31,038 nt of DNA from Candidatus Nanohaloarchaea archaeon (lineage in GTDB: Archaea; Nanohalarchaeota; Nanosalinia; Nanosalinales; Nanosalinaceae). A model generated the notes under the pieces. It saw nothing but the letters and a program-made list of their open reading frames with translations, did not search any database and was not told the DNA's origin. The DNA lies in NCBI GenBank assembly GCA_042218325.1, contig JBDGRE010000019.1, positions 1 through 31,038 of the forward strand, written 5' to 3'. Shown piece by piece: positions 17,670 to 28,292 of the stretch (the stretch's first letter is position 1; every line of letters starts with the position of its first letter). Both the position numbers and the translations under genes were made by a program.

Positions 17670-17867
17670 TTACCGGGAGGCCTTGATGTCGTCGGCCTGC
17701 ACGGTCTTCCGGTCCGCGTGCTCCGCGTACTGCTTGGCCTCGCGGGCCCGGTCCTGCGCGTGCTCCTCGAGCTCGTCGCGGAGCTCTTCTACGGCTCCCT
17801 CGGCGACTCTTGAAGCGCCTGCCTGCTTGATAATGCGCTTGACCGGTGCGAGTGGTAGTTCTGCCAT
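17670..17867 (-). CDS. Archaeal histone (HMf-like)
   Basis: MAELPLAPVKRIIK..RV..HADRKTVQADDI; SD GAGGTGAT. Confidence 0.93.
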   Translation of the reverse strand: MAELPLAPVKRIIKQAGASRVAEGAVEELRDELEEHAQDRAREAKQYAEHADRKTVQADDIKASR

Positions 17868-18009
17868 CTTCTTAATCACCTCTGATACAGCTACATTGCT
17901 TTCGCATTATTAAAAGCCCTTTTGTGCTCGATGCGTTATCGAGGCTTTTAGAGCAGGGCTTGTCGCGCTAAAGGCGAGCATATTCCTGGCTGTGTGGGAC
18001 ACAGCTTTT

Positions 18010-18666
18010 CTAGAGCTTTTTCATCTCGATCTCGACACCTTCTTCTATCTCCGCGACGGCGTAGCGACCCTCCATGACCGGGCCCGGGTTGACTACCGGG
18101 GTTCCGGAGAGCTGGTCCTGCCCCGCGGACTCGTGGATGTGGCCTGTCAGCACGAGGTCGAAATCATGGTCCTCTATGAGTTCGCGGACCTCTTCGCTGC
18201 CGACGTGGTCGCCGTCCGCGACATCGAGGGCGGTGTCCTTCGGTGGCTGGTGGATGACCGCCACCTTTTTGTCCGACGTCATCCGGCCGTAAAGCGTCTC
18301 AAGCGCCTGCTGTATATCCGCGCCCGAGGGCTCGAAAGGGGTGCCGAACGGTGTTATGCCGCCGCCGTAGCCGACGGCCTCGAAGTTCCCGATCGACGCT
18401 ATCTTCTTGTGCAGGTTCATCCGGGTCTGCATCAGTTTCCGGACGCAGTCCTCCTCCGGGTCCATGTTCCCCGGGACCGCTTTGACCAGCTTTTCCTTCC
18501 TGTCGAACGCCTCAAGGACGTCGTCCAGCTTCCCCGTGTAATCTTCGAACTCCCGCGCGTCTGAAAGATCCCCGCCGCAGAGGACCGCATCGTAATCCTC
18601 CCTGTCCAGTATCTCGTTCAACTTTTCTACGTCGCCGTGGATGTCTGTCACCAGTAGAACTCTCAT
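18010..18666 (-). CDS. Metallophosphoesterase
   Basis: DIHG, GGDL, PGNMD, HQPP, GHIHE. Confidence 0.9.
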   Translation of the reverse strand: MRVLLVTDIHGDVEKLNEILDREDYDAVLCGGDLSDAREFEDYTGKLDDVLEAFDRKEKLVKAVPGNMDPEEDCVRKLMQTRMNLHKKIASIGNFEAVGYGGGITPFGTPFEPSGADIQQALETLYGRMTSDKKVAVIHQPPKDTALDVADGDHVGSEEVRELIEDHDFDLVLTGHIHESAGQDQLSGTPVVNPGPVMEGRYAVAEIEEGVEIEMKKL

Positions 18667-18741
18667 ATCCAACTTGTTCCCCGGCCCGAGTTTTATGGGT
18701 TGCCCCAGTCCTTCTTAACTTTCGCAACAACAAGTCCGGGT

Positions 18742-21141
18742 ATGAAACGCAAAATACAGGTCATAGACGTCGACTACACCATAAAAGACGACGCGCCGGA
18801 AGTGCGGGTGTTCGGGAAGACCGCCGGTGGCGAGAACTTCCTCGGGGTCGTGAACGACTTCCGGCCCTACTTCTACGTGGTGCCCGCGGATATCGAACGT
18901 GCGGAGGAGCAGCTCCGGGAAGCAGAGTTCGAGGAAGACGGCGAGAAGCTGCCCGTGACGGGTGTGGAACAGGTGGAGAGAAAGGAAGGCAACGAGGAAA
19001 AAGAGCTGCTGAAGATTTACACCACGGTGCCCCCGAAGGTCCCGAAGCTGAAGGACGAGGCCTGGGATCTCGACTCGGTTGAGGAGTGCCGCGAGTTCGA
19101 CATACCGTTCTACAAGCGGTTCCTCATCGACACCGGTATCAGGCCCGCGGAATGGATACAGGTGGAGGGAGCGAAGCTCGAGAGAGATGGTTTCGATGCA
19201 GCGGTGGAGGTCGAAACCATTGAGACAGGGGTCGAAGACGGAGAACCTGACTTCGAGAAGATGGCCTTCGATCTTGAGGTGTACGACGGCGAGGTCATCA
19301 TGGCGTCGATATACTCCCCGGATTTCCGGAAGCTGCTCACCACGGAAGATATCGACCGCGACTACGTCGAACAGGTAGAAGGCGAGGAAGAGCTGATAAA
19401 GAGGCTGATGGAGGTCATAGAGCAGCGGGATGTCGATGTCCTTGAGGGATACAACACCGACGAGTTCGACTTCGACGTGCTAAGAGATAGAGCGGAGCAC
19501 TACGGCTTCGAGCTGTCGCTGGGCCGTAACGGTGAAAGGATGAACTTCAACCGCCGCGGCCGATTTTCTGGTGCACGGCTGAAGGGCAGGATGCACCTCG
19601 ACCTTTACCCCTTCGTGGCGCACGTGCTGGCGCCCGGCCTCGAATCCGAGACGCTCGACCTCGACTCGGTAGCGGAGGAGCTTCTCGGCCGGAACAAGGA
19701 CGAGATGAGCTGGGAGGAGATGAAGGAGTCCTGGCGCGCGAAGGAAGAACTGGAGAGGTTCGCGGATTACGCCATGAAGGACTCGGAGCTGGCGTACGAA
19801 CTGGGAGAGGAGCTGGTGCCGCAGATACTTGAGCTTTCCCGCATCGCGGGCCTGATACCGTTCGACGCGTGCAGGCTGACCTACGGCCAGCTCACCGAGA
19901 ACTACCTGCTGAGGGAGGCCCACGAGCGCGGGATGGTCGCGGCGAACCGCCCATCTCGGGACGAGCGTTCGACCAGGAGGAGGCAGCAGCCGTACGAGGG
20001 CGGGTTCGTCTACACTCCGGAAGCGGGTTTACACGACGACATAGTGCTGCTCGACTTCCGGTCGCTTTACCCGACCGTGATGGTGGCGCACAACATCTCG
20101 CCCGACACACTGGATGTCGAGGACTGCGACGAATTCCTGGAGCTGGAGGAGTTCGAATACAGCTTCTGCCAAGACTTCCAGGGCTTCTTCCCGGAGCTTG
20201 TCGAGGAACTGGTGGAGGGCCGGTACGAGCTCAAGGAGGAGATGAAGCAGGTTGATAAGGGTTCACGCGAGTACAGGTCGCTGGATTCCCGGCAGCAGGC
20301 GGAGAAGATACTCGCCAACTCTTTCTACGGCTACCTCGGCTACACCGGCGCGAGGTGGTACTCCCGGGAGTGCGCGGAGGCCACCACGTACCTCGGCAGG
20401 AAGCACATCCAGGAGGCGCTGGAGAAGGCCGAAGAGAAGGGCTTCGAGGTAGTGTACGGGGATACCGATTCCCTGTTCCTGAAGGGCGAGGACATCCGGG
20501 AACGCATCGACGGCTTCCTTGAAGAAGTCAACCAGGAGCTGCCCGAGTTCATGGAGCTCGAGTTCGAGGGCTACTTCAGGAGAGGCTTCTTTACGTCGAC
20601 TGACTCCGGCGAGGGCGCGAAGAAGAAGTACGCGCTGCTGAAGGAAGATGGCGACCTGAAGATAACCGGCTTCGAGCAGGTGCGCAGGGACTGGAGTCCT
20701 GTTGCGAAGGAGACCCAGGAGAAAGTGCTGAGAAAGGTGCTGAACGAGGAGGTCGAGGAGGCCGCGGAACTGGTGAAGGACACCATCGAGAGGATGAAAG
20801 AGGGTGAGGTGCCGGTGGAGAAGCTGAGGATCTACACGCAGATGAAGAAGAAGCCGGAGAACTACGAGTCGACCGCTCCACACGTGGAGGCCGCGAAGAA
20901 GGCAATCGAGCGCGGCGAGGAAATTTCGCCGGGGGACACCATCGACTACGTCATCACCAGCGGCGCCGGTAATATCTCCTCGAGGGCGGAACTGGCGAAG
21001 TACGCGGAGGATTACGACGCGGATTACTACATCGACAACCAGATAGTACCGGTCTCGATGCGTGTGCTGAAGGTTTTCGGTTACACCTCCGACCAGCTGA
21101 AAGGCAAGGGGAAGCAGAGCGGGCTGGAACGGTTCGGCTGA
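18742..21141 (+). CDS. polB: Family B DNA polymerase (PolB3-type), intein-free
   Basis: Exo FDLE, YNTDEFDF, YAMKD; pol DFRSLYP, KILANSFYGY, YGDTDS, KKY. Confidence 0.96.
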   Translation: MKRKIQVIDVDYTIKDDAPEVRVFGKTAGGENFLGVVNDFRPYFYVVPADIERAEEQLREAEFEEDGEKLPVTGVEQVERKEGNEEKELLKIYTTVPPKVPKLKDEAWDLDSVEECREFDIPFYKRFLIDTGIRPAEWIQVEGAKLERDGFDAAVEVETIETGVEDGEPDFEKMAFDLEVYDGEVIMASIYSPDFRKLLTTEDIDRDYVEQVEGEEELIKRLMEVIEQRDVDVLEGYNTDEFDFDVLRDRAEHYGFELSLGRNGERMNFNRRGRFSGARLKGRMHLDLYPFVAHVLAPGLESETLDLDSVAEELLGRNKDEMSWEEMKESWRAKEELERFADYAMKDSELAYELGEELVPQILELSRIAGLIPFDACRLTYGQLTENYLLREAHERGMVAANRPSRDERSTRRRQQPYEGGFVYTPEAGLHDDIVLLDFRSLYPTVMVAHNISPDTLDVEDCDEFLELEEFEYSFCQDFQGFFPELVEELVEGRYELKEEMKQVDKGSREYRSLDSRQQAEKILANSFYGYLGYTGARWYSRECAEATTYLGRKHIQEALEKAEEKGFEVVYGDTDSLFLKGEDIRERIDGFLEEVNQELPEFMELEFEGYFRRGFFTSTDSGEGAKKKYALLKEDGDLKITGFEQVRRDWSPVAKETQEKVLRKVLNEEVEEAAELVKDTIERMKEGEVPVEKLRIYTQMKKKPENYESTAPHVEAAKKAIERGEEISPGDTIDYVITSGAGNISSRAELAKYAEDYDADYYIDNQIVPVSMRVLKVFGYTSDQLKGKGKQSGLERFG

Positions 21142-21171
21142 TTTTTTAACTGCCGTGGCGCAAACTTTGAC

Positions 21172-22278
21172 ATGGTTCTCGGGTTCACCGGCCTGCTGCC
21201 GAACGCCGCGATAGGGCTGGTTTCGGTTATCTTCCTGGTTTTCGGCGCGGAGAACGTCGTCCGGAGGATGGAGGCTGTCTCGAAGGCTTACGGTGTTTCG
21301 GAAGTGGTCATCGCCATGACCATAATATCTATCGGTACCAGCCTGCCGGAGCTTTCTCTTCACCTTGTGGGGTCGTTAGAGATACTTGCGAACTCGGGTA
21401 ACGTGGCGAAGTACCAGACGGTGTCGGCGACGGTTCTCGGAAGCAACATAGGCTCGGACGTGGTGCAGCAGACCCTGGTGCTCGGCCTTGTACTGGTGTT
21501 CGCGGCGGTCTCGGGAGCAAGGAAAGGCTTCAAGTTCTCGGAGAAGTTCCTGCTGCGTGACTACGCCCCGATGATGGGTACTACGCTTCTCACCCTGATA
21601 CTTGCGTGGGACGGCACTCTTTCGAGGATCGATGGCTTCATCCTTTTCGGCTCGTTCCTGCTTTATATGTACTATCTCTACACGACGAAAGACGAGAAGC
21701 TGGAGAGGCAGGGCGACACCGGACCCAGCCAGAGGCCGAGATGGGATCTCTTCACAGGTGTCCTGTTCATGGTGATGGTGGTGTACTCCGCGGACGTGTT
21801 CCTGAAGGTCGTGGAGATAGGGGTCGAGGCCACGGGTCTCTCCGGCTCGATGATAGGTGTCGCAACTGTAGGAGTGGTATCGGCGTTCCCCGAGATGATA
21901 ACAGCGATACAGGGCCTGAGACAGGGCGCCGAGGGGATATCGCTTGGCACCCTTGTCGGCAGCAACATAACCAATCCACTGCTCGCGATAGGGCTGGGCT
22001 CGCTCCTATCGACCTACGCTGTGCCGAGACCGCTGGTGCTGTGGGATCTGCCGATGGAAACCGTTACAGCCGGTGTACTCCTGACATACGTGTTCGGCCG
22101 TGAGGAGCTTGGAAACTTCCTCGCTACTGTGTTCCGCGGTATCGGTATGGAGTCGGCGGCGGAAAGGTTCGACAGGGCCGAGGACAGGGTCCTGACGGTC
22201 GCCGGCGCCCTGCTGCTCGCGGCGATGTACTTCGTGTACCTCTACGTCAGGTGGACCTATTTCCAGGCCGACTTCTGA
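21172..22278 (+). CDS. Na+/Ca2+ (CaCA) antiporter family
   Basis: Alpha repeats GTSLPE...GSN and SAFPE...GSNITN. Confidence 0.9.
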   Translation: MVLGFTGLLPNAAIGLVSVIFLVFGAENVVRRMEAVSKAYGVSEVVIAMTIISIGTSLPELSLHLVGSLEILANSGNVAKYQTVSATVLGSNIGSDVVQQTLVLGLVLVFAAVSGARKGFKFSEKFLLRDYAPMMGTTLLTLILAWDGTLSRIDGFILFGSFLLYMYYLYTTKDEKLERQGDTGPSQRPRWDLFTGVLFMVMVVYSADVFLKVVEIGVEATGLSGSMIGVATVGVVSAFPEMITAIQGLRQGAEGISLGTLVGSNITNPLLAIGLGSLLSTYAVPRPLVLWDLPMETVTAGVLLTYVFGREELGNFLATVFRGIGMESAAERFDRAEDRVLTVAGALLLAAMYFVYLYVRWTYFQADF

Positions 22279-22311
22279 CTTATTAAAGAGTCAGCTCTGA
22301 ACATGTATGCG

Positions 22312-22548
22312 ATGAGTGCAGCAGAACAGTCCGAGAAAGATGTGGAAGAGATACTTGATAGCTTCATGGAGGGAAAGATGCCCTACGACGACATAGTGCT
22401 GGAGGTCCAGGCTCGCAGGGGAGGTGGAGTTCCACCTTCAAGGATCGAGGCCGTGCTCGAAGAGGCCTATGAACCCGCCATAGTCTGGGAGGAAGACGGG
22501 GACGGCGGTTACACTCCCCGGAAGGGTTACAGCCCGTCCACTACTTGA
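22312..22548 (+). CDS. Small acidic hypothetical protein
   Basis: Acidic ORF with TATTAAA upstream; start 22303 or 22312. Confidence 0.5.
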   Translation: MSAAEQSEKDVEEILDSFMEGKMPYDDIVLEVQARRGGGVPPSRIEAVLEEAYEPAIVWEEDGDGGYTPRKGYSPSTT

Positions 22549-23200
22549 AGACTTCCCCGGTCTCCATCGACCACAGGACGAGGTCGAACGTCTGGACATC
22601 GATCCCTGTTTCCTCCGCAAGGCCCTGTATCTCCTGCTCGACCTCGAGGTACTCTTCCCTCCCCGACGGCAGGCTTGCATCCTCCAGGACGCCGAGGTCG
22701 GAGAGCTTGCTAGTTATCCGGCTGGAAACGATAGCGAAGCTGTTACCGTAACCGATGTTTCTCAAAAAGTGTGAAGCGCCTTTCCATCCTATTCCCTTCA
22801 TGTCGGCCACGAGCAGCTCACGGGAAGCATCAAGGTTTTCCGGGTCGACCCGTTCCCTGAGCTTGAGGTCGCCGGAAGAATCTTTCAGTGTCGGCTGCGA
22901 CAGTTTCCTCCTGTTCTCGACTATGTAACCTGCCTTGTTTTTCTCGTACCGGATGTCGTGCGGGGCCAGTACCTCCGCAATCCTGTCCTTGTCTCCGTCG
23001 AGCAGGAGGCCGAGATTGTCCAGTTCCTCGGCCGCCTCCCAGCACTTTTTCGCCGGGCTACGGGATGTGAGGATGACGAAAACGAGCTCCTTGAACCATC
23101 TTTCATCAGTCGCGTCACGCAACTGCCGGAACTCTTCAATACGCGACTGTATCTCTTCCCTGTTATCCCTGTAGTGCTGCTTTATCTCTTCTATTTCCAC
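22541..23200 (-). CDS. ogg: Ogg2-type N-glycosylase/DNA lyase homolog (8-oxoG)
   Basis: FKELVFVILT; HhH KGIGWKGASHFLRNIG; C-terminal DLVLW..ETGEVFK. Confidence 0.85.
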   Translation of the reverse strand: MEIEEIKQHYRDNREEIQSRIEEFRQLRDATDERWFKELVFVILTSRSPAKKCWEAAEELDNLGLLLDGDKDRIAEVLAPHDIRYEKNKAGYIVENRRKLSQPTLKDSSGDLKLRERVDPENLDASRELLVADMKGIGWKGASHFLRNIGYGNSFAIVSSRITSKLSDLGVLEDASLPSGREEYLEVEQEIQGLAEETGIDVQTFDLVLWSMETGEVFK

Positions 23201-23212
23201 TTGGAAAACCTT

Positions 23213-23485
23213 CTACCCGAGATCGAGATGCGTCTCGTACATCAATGCGACACCGGTGTCGAACTCCTCGAGAACCTCTATCACCGCAGTGCGGATCTCT
23301 TCCGAAGTCACGACGTCATCCTCGTGCTCCTTTAGCCATTCGAGGACTCGCTCCTTGGCCTCATCCGCAAGTTCCACGGCCTCTTCGTCGCTGTAGTGTG
23401 ATTCACGTGCAGGGTAGTACATGGAGTTCCAGAGCTTCCCCTCGTCCAGTTCCTCTTTGCCGCCTGTTTCCTTCGCGACTTTCAT
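23213..23485 (-). CDS. Stand-alone ATP-cone domain protein
   Basis: V.K..G.KEELDEGKL..S and VTSEEIRTAVIEVL. Confidence 0.75.
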   Translation of the reverse strand: MKVAKETGGKEELDEGKLWNSMYYPARESHYSDEEAVELADEAKERVLEWLKEHEDDVVTSEEIRTAVIEVLEEFDTGVALMYETHLDLG

Positions 23486-23486
23486 C

Positions 23487-23678
23487 TCAGCACCTCGACC
23501 TCTCTATGAACTCGTCCGCCACGATATATGATACGAGGAAGAACATCGTGGTGCTGAAAACTGCCACTGCGCCTTCGAACCCGTTCTGGTTGCCGAAGAC
23601 TATGCCGGCGTAGGCCCCGAACAGGCCCCATAGAGTCGCGAGGATTTCCCTCGAGTCGATTTTTTCTTCAAGTCTCAT
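23487..23678 (-). CDS. Small two-helix membrane protein
   Basis: 63 aa with two hydrophobic segments, tightly packed in the gene run. Confidence 0.6.
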   Translation of the reverse strand: MRLEEKIDSREILATLWGLFGAYAGIVFGNQNGFEGAVAVFSTTMFFLVSYIVADEFIERSRC

Positions 23679-23681
23679 GGG

Positions 23682-24413
23682 CTATCCGAACCTCACGATG
23701 CCGGTAGCCAGGAGCAGGAGTATCCAGCCGAGGAACACCATCAGCAGTCCCGCGGCCATCCTCATCCTGGCCCTGTTCATGTGTTTCCATTCTTTCATGT
23801 CCTGGACCTTGTAGACGCCGAAGTACGAGAAGACCACTATCAGGATGAGCGGCATCACGAATATCAGGTTGTACAGCGCCATCATCGCGAGCGCAATCAT
23901 CGGGAAGCCCGCCGAGCCCTGGACCAGTGTCTGCTGGATAACTGTCAGGATCGCAAGATACGGTCCGCCGGTACACGGGAGCTCTACCGCGGCCACGAAG
24001 ATACCCAGTAGTACTGCGGCTGGTGTAGTGACATCCTCCATCCTCTCCGCGATCTTCTCTGAGTACTGTTCCGGTATCATCAGAGAGGAGCCCTTGCCGT
24101 ACCAGTAGAAGTCCTTTATCTCCAGTATGCCGCCGGATATCACTATCAATGATACGAAGACGGTCACGTAGTTGGCTATCTGCGTCGACACCGATGCGAG
24201 CGCGTAGATTATGCCGAGGCCCGCCAGGAAGTATGTTATGTAGACCGCCGCGACGTAGATTATGCCGACTTTAAGGATATCCCGGCGGCGGTCCTGTTTC
24301 ACGAGCGTCGCGACAAGAAGTAAAGCGACTCCTATCGCGCACGGGTTGATGGAGTCGACCGCTGCGGTCACCAGTACCGCTCCCAGTGTCGGGAGTGCTG
24401 CTTCAACCGCCAT
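23682..24413 (-). CDS. CcdA/DsbD-like transmembrane redox protein
   Basis: DSINPCA and ELPCTGGPY cysteine motifs; YNLIFVMPL; start 24413 (alternative TTG 24470). Confidence 0.8.
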   Translation of the reverse strand: MAVEAALPTLGAVLVTAAVDSINPCAIGVALLLVATLVKQDRRRDILKVGIIYVAAVYITYFLAGLGIIYALASVSTQIANYVTVFVSLIVISGGILEIKDFYWYGKGSSLMIPEQYSEKIAERMEDVTTPAAVLLGIFVAAVELPCTGGPYLAILTVIQQTLVQGSAGFPMIALAMMALYNLIFVMPLILIVVFSYFGVYKVQDMKEWKHMNRARMRMAAGLLMVFLGWILLLLATGIVRFG

Positions 24414-24466
24414 ATCGGCCCCCCTCGATGCTGCTTGCAGAAAATCCCTGATTTTCGAATGCTGCT

Positions 24467-25363
24467 TCAACCTCCATATCCGCTTCCCTCCTTTGTCAGG
24501 CCGAAGCCGCTGTATTCGTTGTCTTCCCGTACATCGGCCAGTGCCTGTTCAAGGGTTTTCGAGTCATATACTATGAATATATCGTCGAGGTTCGGTCCCC
24601 TCGAGTAGGGCGATACGACGTATCCCGAAGGCGAGTTCGCGTATCCACCGGTGTACTGGTTCCGGCATCTTTCCTCCTGCGGGACGACGTCGCCGATGGC
24701 GCACCAGCGCCTGTTGCCGGCTACTCCGCGGTGGACGAGTATCTTCAGCGTCCTGTTACCGCTGTTAGTCTTTTCCACGACACCGTCGTTCGTCGGGAAG
24801 ACGAGCTTGCTGTTGCTCAGCTCGCCGTTGAAGGTGTCGAAGAAGGCTGCGAGGGATGCGTCTTCCATAGTCTTGAACGTGCCCTCGAGGTGGATGCGGT
24901 CGTCGTTGTGCTCGTGGTACTCCTTGAGCCCTGTCCTGTCGTTAAGCTTGCACATGAGGCTGGACTGCCCGGTGGCCGTCTTGCAGAAAACACCGGGGTC
25001 CGCGAGATCCAGTTCCCGGAGCTCGCCGCCATCCTCGACGAGTACCTCGAAGTCGGCGTGGTAATGTATCTCTCCGCCGCTCCAGGAGGTCTGGCTCTGG
25101 TGCACGAAGGCTCCCGCGGTATAGAACGAGGGTACGAGTATGGCGACGAGGAAGCCGTTCATCAACATTTTCTTGTCGTGGAGGGTGAGGTCGTCCTCGC
25201 TGTGGAACGATACTGCTGCGAGCGCCAGTGTCACTATGAGGCCGGCCCCGACGACCGGTATGACGTACTGGACAAGTTCAAGACCCGGAAACATACCTAC
25301 AGCTGCACCTGTGAGTACCGCGGCTACGATGGCGCTGTAGAGTATCCTCCGGAGTACGTTCAT
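24467..25363 (-). CDS. Membrane protein with His-rich extracytoplasmic domain
   Basis: Three N-terminal TM helices; HYHADF and HEHNDDRIHLEG; four Cys. Confidence 0.7.
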   Translation of the reverse strand: MNVLRRILYSAIVAAVLTGAAVGMFPGLELVQYVIPVVGAGLIVTLALAAVSFHSEDDLTLHDKKMLMNGFLVAILVPSFYTAGAFVHQSQTSWSGGEIHYHADFEVLVEDGGELRELDLADPGVFCKTATGQSSLMCKLNDRTGLKEYHEHNDDRIHLEGTFKTMEDASLAAFFDTFNGELSNSKLVFPTNDGVVEKTNSGNRTLKILVHRGVAGNRRWCAIGDVVPQEERCRNQYTGGYANSPSGYVVSPYSRGPNLDDIFIVYDSKTLEQALADVREDNEYSGFGLTKEGSGYGG

Positions 25364-25367
25364 AAGT

Positions 25368-25547
25368 TCAGCAGAACTCGCAGACCTCGTCCTCGTCGGG
25401 CTGCTCTTCGTCGTGGTACTGCTCTTCGTGTTTTTCACAGCAGAAGTAGACGGTGTCCTCGTCTTCCCTCGCACTCGGTGCTTCTTCAGGGTCTACCTCT
25501 TTGCCGCATACGTAGCATTCTGTCTCGCTGCTTGATAGCAGGCTCAT
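25368..25547 (-). CDS. TRASH/YHS-like metal-binding small protein (not in ORF track)
   Basis: 59 aa MSLLSSSETECYVCGKEVDPEEAPSAREDEDTVYFCCEKHEEQYHDEEQPDEDEVCEFC. Confidence 0.8.
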   Translation of the reverse strand: MSLLSSSETECYVCGKEVDPEEAPSAREDEDTVYFCCEKHEEQYHDEEQPDEDEVCEFC

Positions 25548-25572
25548 GTTCGATTCTGCGGTGCGCCGGTTA

Positions 25573-28257
25573 TTAAAGCTGTCGAGCCTCGAACACGCGG
25601 TCGAAAACCTTGCTCATGCCGTACGTGAGGCCGATGAACCCGAGTACTGCGGCGGCTATCCACGTCCAGCCCTGCACCCCCACCGCCAAGGTGCCGAAGT
25701 AATCTTTCAGCGGCGTGTAGAGCACCAGAAGCTGCAGGATGAGTGAGGAGGCGAGCGCCGCGACCAGCCAGTTATTGGACAGTACCGACTGCCCGTAACG
25801 GCTCCTGATTGTCTGGATGCGGACCATCTCCACCGCCACCAGGAACGTGAACAGCAGCGTCTGCGCCACCACGAGGCCCGGCCCGGTTACTGCGTGGAAG
25901 AAGAGGGGAAGCCCGGCGACCGCCATCAGCGCACCCATACCGAATATAGACGCCATCATCCGACGGTTGATGACCGGCTCTTCCTTTCCTCGCGGCTCTC
26001 GCTGCATGATACCCTCCGACTTCGGGTCTGTCCCGAGCGCGAGGGCCGGTAGACCGTCCGTGACGAGATTTATCCAGAGCAGCATAACAGGCGTGAGTAT
26101 CAGGGCCTCCGAGTTCGAGCTGAAGATGCCAGGGAACATTAAGCTACCTATCAGGACGCCGAGGAACACGACGAGTACCTCGCCGGCGTTCGCGCTCAGA
26201 AGGTAGTTGACGAACTTCCGTATGTTGTCGAATATGCCGCGACCTTCGGCTATGGCATCCCGGATGGTAACGAAGTTGTCGTCCTGTAGCACCATGTCCG
26301 AAGACTGTTTTGCCACGTCGGTACCTCTTTCTCCCATCGCTATCCCCACGTCCGAGTTTTTCAGCGCCGGAGCGTCGTTCACGCCGTCGCCGGTCATCGC
26401 CACGTTGTGGCCCTTGGCCTTGAGAGCCTCCAGTATCCTTACCTTGTGCTCCGGTGATACGCGGGCGAAAACCTCGACATCCTTTACCCTTTCCTGTAGC
26501 TCCTCGTCCCCGAGCTCTTCCACCTCGTCCCCGGTCATCGCGCCCTCCGGGTCGAATCCTATCTCCTTGCCGATAGCTCTCGCTGTTTCCACGTTGTCGC
26601 CGGTCGCCATCACGACGCGTATCCCGGCGTTGCGACAGTCCTCGACCGCCTCACTGACTTCTTCCCGCGGCGGGTCTATCATTCCCTGCAGACCGAGGAA
26701 GACCATGTCGCTCTCCAGCTTCTCCGGGTCTGTACCTGAATCCTCCACCTCCTTCCGTGCGAAACCAAGCACCCGGAGCGCATCGCGGGCGAACTCGCTG
26801 TTCTTCTCAAGTATATTATCACGCATCTCGTCTGTGAGTTCTTTCTCCTCCCCGTCGATCAGGACGCGGTCGCACTGCTCCAGCACGACCTCTGGCGCGC
26901 CCTTCATGAAAGCCTGGTTCTTCGAGGTGACTACGGTCATGCGCTTCCTGTCCGAGGAGAATGGCACGCTGTTCACCCTGTCGATGTTCGACTCCAGGCC
27001 GGCCTTCTTCGCCGATACCAGGAGCGCGATTTCGGTCGGGTCGCCGTAGAAGTCCTTCTCCTCGCCCGCCGGGGCCTCTTCCGCGTTGTTGCATACCAGG
27101 CCGCACTCGAGCAGCGGCGACAGGTAGTCCGGGTCGGTCTCGTGGCCGTCCTTCTCGAACTTTCCAGACTTCTCGGTGCCGCGGCCGGTGACATCGAATG
27201 TCTCACCAGAGAAATACAGTTTCTCGACCGTCATGGTGTCCTCTGTCAGGGTCCCGGTCTTGTCCGTGACTATAACGTCCACGCTCCCGAGCGACTCTAC
27301 GACAGGTAAACGGCGGACGAGCGCGTCCTTTTCCAGCATCTTTTTCGAGCCGAGCGCAAGCGTCAGGGTCACGACCGCGGGAAGCCCCTCGGGAACCGCT
27401 GCCACCGCGAGTGTTATCGCCACCAGCAGCACCGAGACCGGCTCTGCGGAGGTGAACATGAACTGTAGCAGCCCCACCACGAGGATGACAGCGGTTATAC
27501 CGTAGCCGATGTTCTTGCCGAGTTCGTCGACCTCCTGCTGGAACGGGGTCTTTTTCTCATCGGCCTCCTGTATCTCCGTCGCTATACCGCCGACCTGTGT
27601 ATCCATCCCCGTCTCCACGACCACCGCGGTCGCTCTGCCCTTCACTACTGTGGTGTTCATGTAGACCATGTCGGCCCTTTCCGCGAGCGGGGCGTCCTCC
27701 GGGAGAGCCTCCGGGTCCTTCGAGACCGACGTGCTTTCTCCTGTCAGCGATGATTCGTCTGTTTCAAGGTTCTGTTCCTCGATGATGCGTGCATCCGCGG
27801 GAACGGCGTCTCCCTGCTCCAGGAATATCACGTCGCCCGGTACCACCCCGGTGGAGTCGACCTCTCGCTTCTGTCCCTCGCGTTTCACGGTGGCGTTCGG
27901 CGTGGACAGCTCTTTCAGGGCCTCTATAGATTTCTCGGCCTTGTAGTCCTGTATGAAACCAAAGATGCCGTTGCCGACGAGTATAAGGGATATCAGCGCC
28001 GCGTCGACGTATTCCGGCTCGTGGCCCGGCAGGAAACCGATGCCGAGCGAAAGCAGGGCAGCACCTATCAGCAAGTATATAAGGAAGTCGCGGAACTGGT
28101 CGACGAATATCTTGGCCGGCGACACGCCCTCTCCATCGGTTATCTCGTTGGGCCCTTGCTCCTCAAGGCGTTTTCTGGCGTCCTCCTGGTCGAGCCCGGA
28201 TTCGCTGGATTCCAGTTCTTCGAGGACCTCTCCAGGGGTTTTCGCGTGCCAGTCCAT
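25573..28257 (-). CDS. P-type ATPase, P2A (Ca2+-type)
   Basis: [45 protein letters not shown]. Confidence 0.95.
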   Translation of the reverse strand: MDWHAKTPGEVLEELESSESGLDQEDARKRLEEQGPNEITDGEGVSPAKIFVDQFRDFLIYLLIGAALLSLGIGFLPGHEPEYVDAALISLILVGNGIFGFIQDYKAEKSIEALKELSTPNATVKREGQKREVDSTGVVPGDVIFLEQGDAVPADARIIEEQNLETDESSLTGESTSVSKDPEALPEDAPLAERADMVYMNTTVVKGRATAVVVETGMDTQVGGIATEIQEADEKKTPFQQEVDELGKNIGYGITAVILVVGLLQFMFTSAEPVSVLLVAITLAVAAVPEGLPAVVTLTLALGSKKMLEKDALVRRLPVVESLGSVDVIVTDKTGTLTEDTMTVEKLYFSGETFDVTGRGTEKSGKFEKDGHETDPDYLSPLLECGLVCNNAEEAPAGEEKDFYGDPTEIALLVSAKKAGLESNIDRVNSVPFSSDRKRMTVVTSKNQAFMKGAPEVVLEQCDRVLIDGEEKELTDEMRDNILEKNSEFARDALRVLGFARKEVEDSGTDPEKLESDMVFLGLQGMIDPPREEVSEAVEDCRNAGIRVVMATGDNVETARAIGKEIGFDPEGAMTGDEVEELGDEELQERVKDVEVFARVSPEHKVRILEALKAKGHNVAMTGDGVNDAPALKNSDVGIAMGERGTDVAKQSSDMVLQDDNFVTIRDAIAEGRGIFDNIRKFVNYLLSANAGEVLVVFLGVLIGSLMFPGIFSSNSEALILTPVMLLWINLVTDGLPALALGTDPKSEGIMQREPRGKEEPVINRRMMASIFGMGALMAVAGLPLFFHAVTGPGLVVAQTLLFTFLVAVEMVRIQTIRSRYGQSVLSNNWLVAALASSLILQLLVLYTPLKDYFGTLAVGVQGWTWIAAAVLGFIGLTYGMSKVFDRVFEARQL

Positions 28258-28292
28258 GGCGGGTATTTTGTTCTACCGGTTTAAAGAGATGA

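Noticed and set aside
18742-21141. Inteins in PolB (also checked RadA)
   Set aside because: Motifs are contiguous and protein lengths are normal
25364-25474. Ser/Thr-rich N-terminal extension of the 335-aa ORF
   Set aside because: It is an alternative frame of the TRASH-like gene; the true start is more likely 25363
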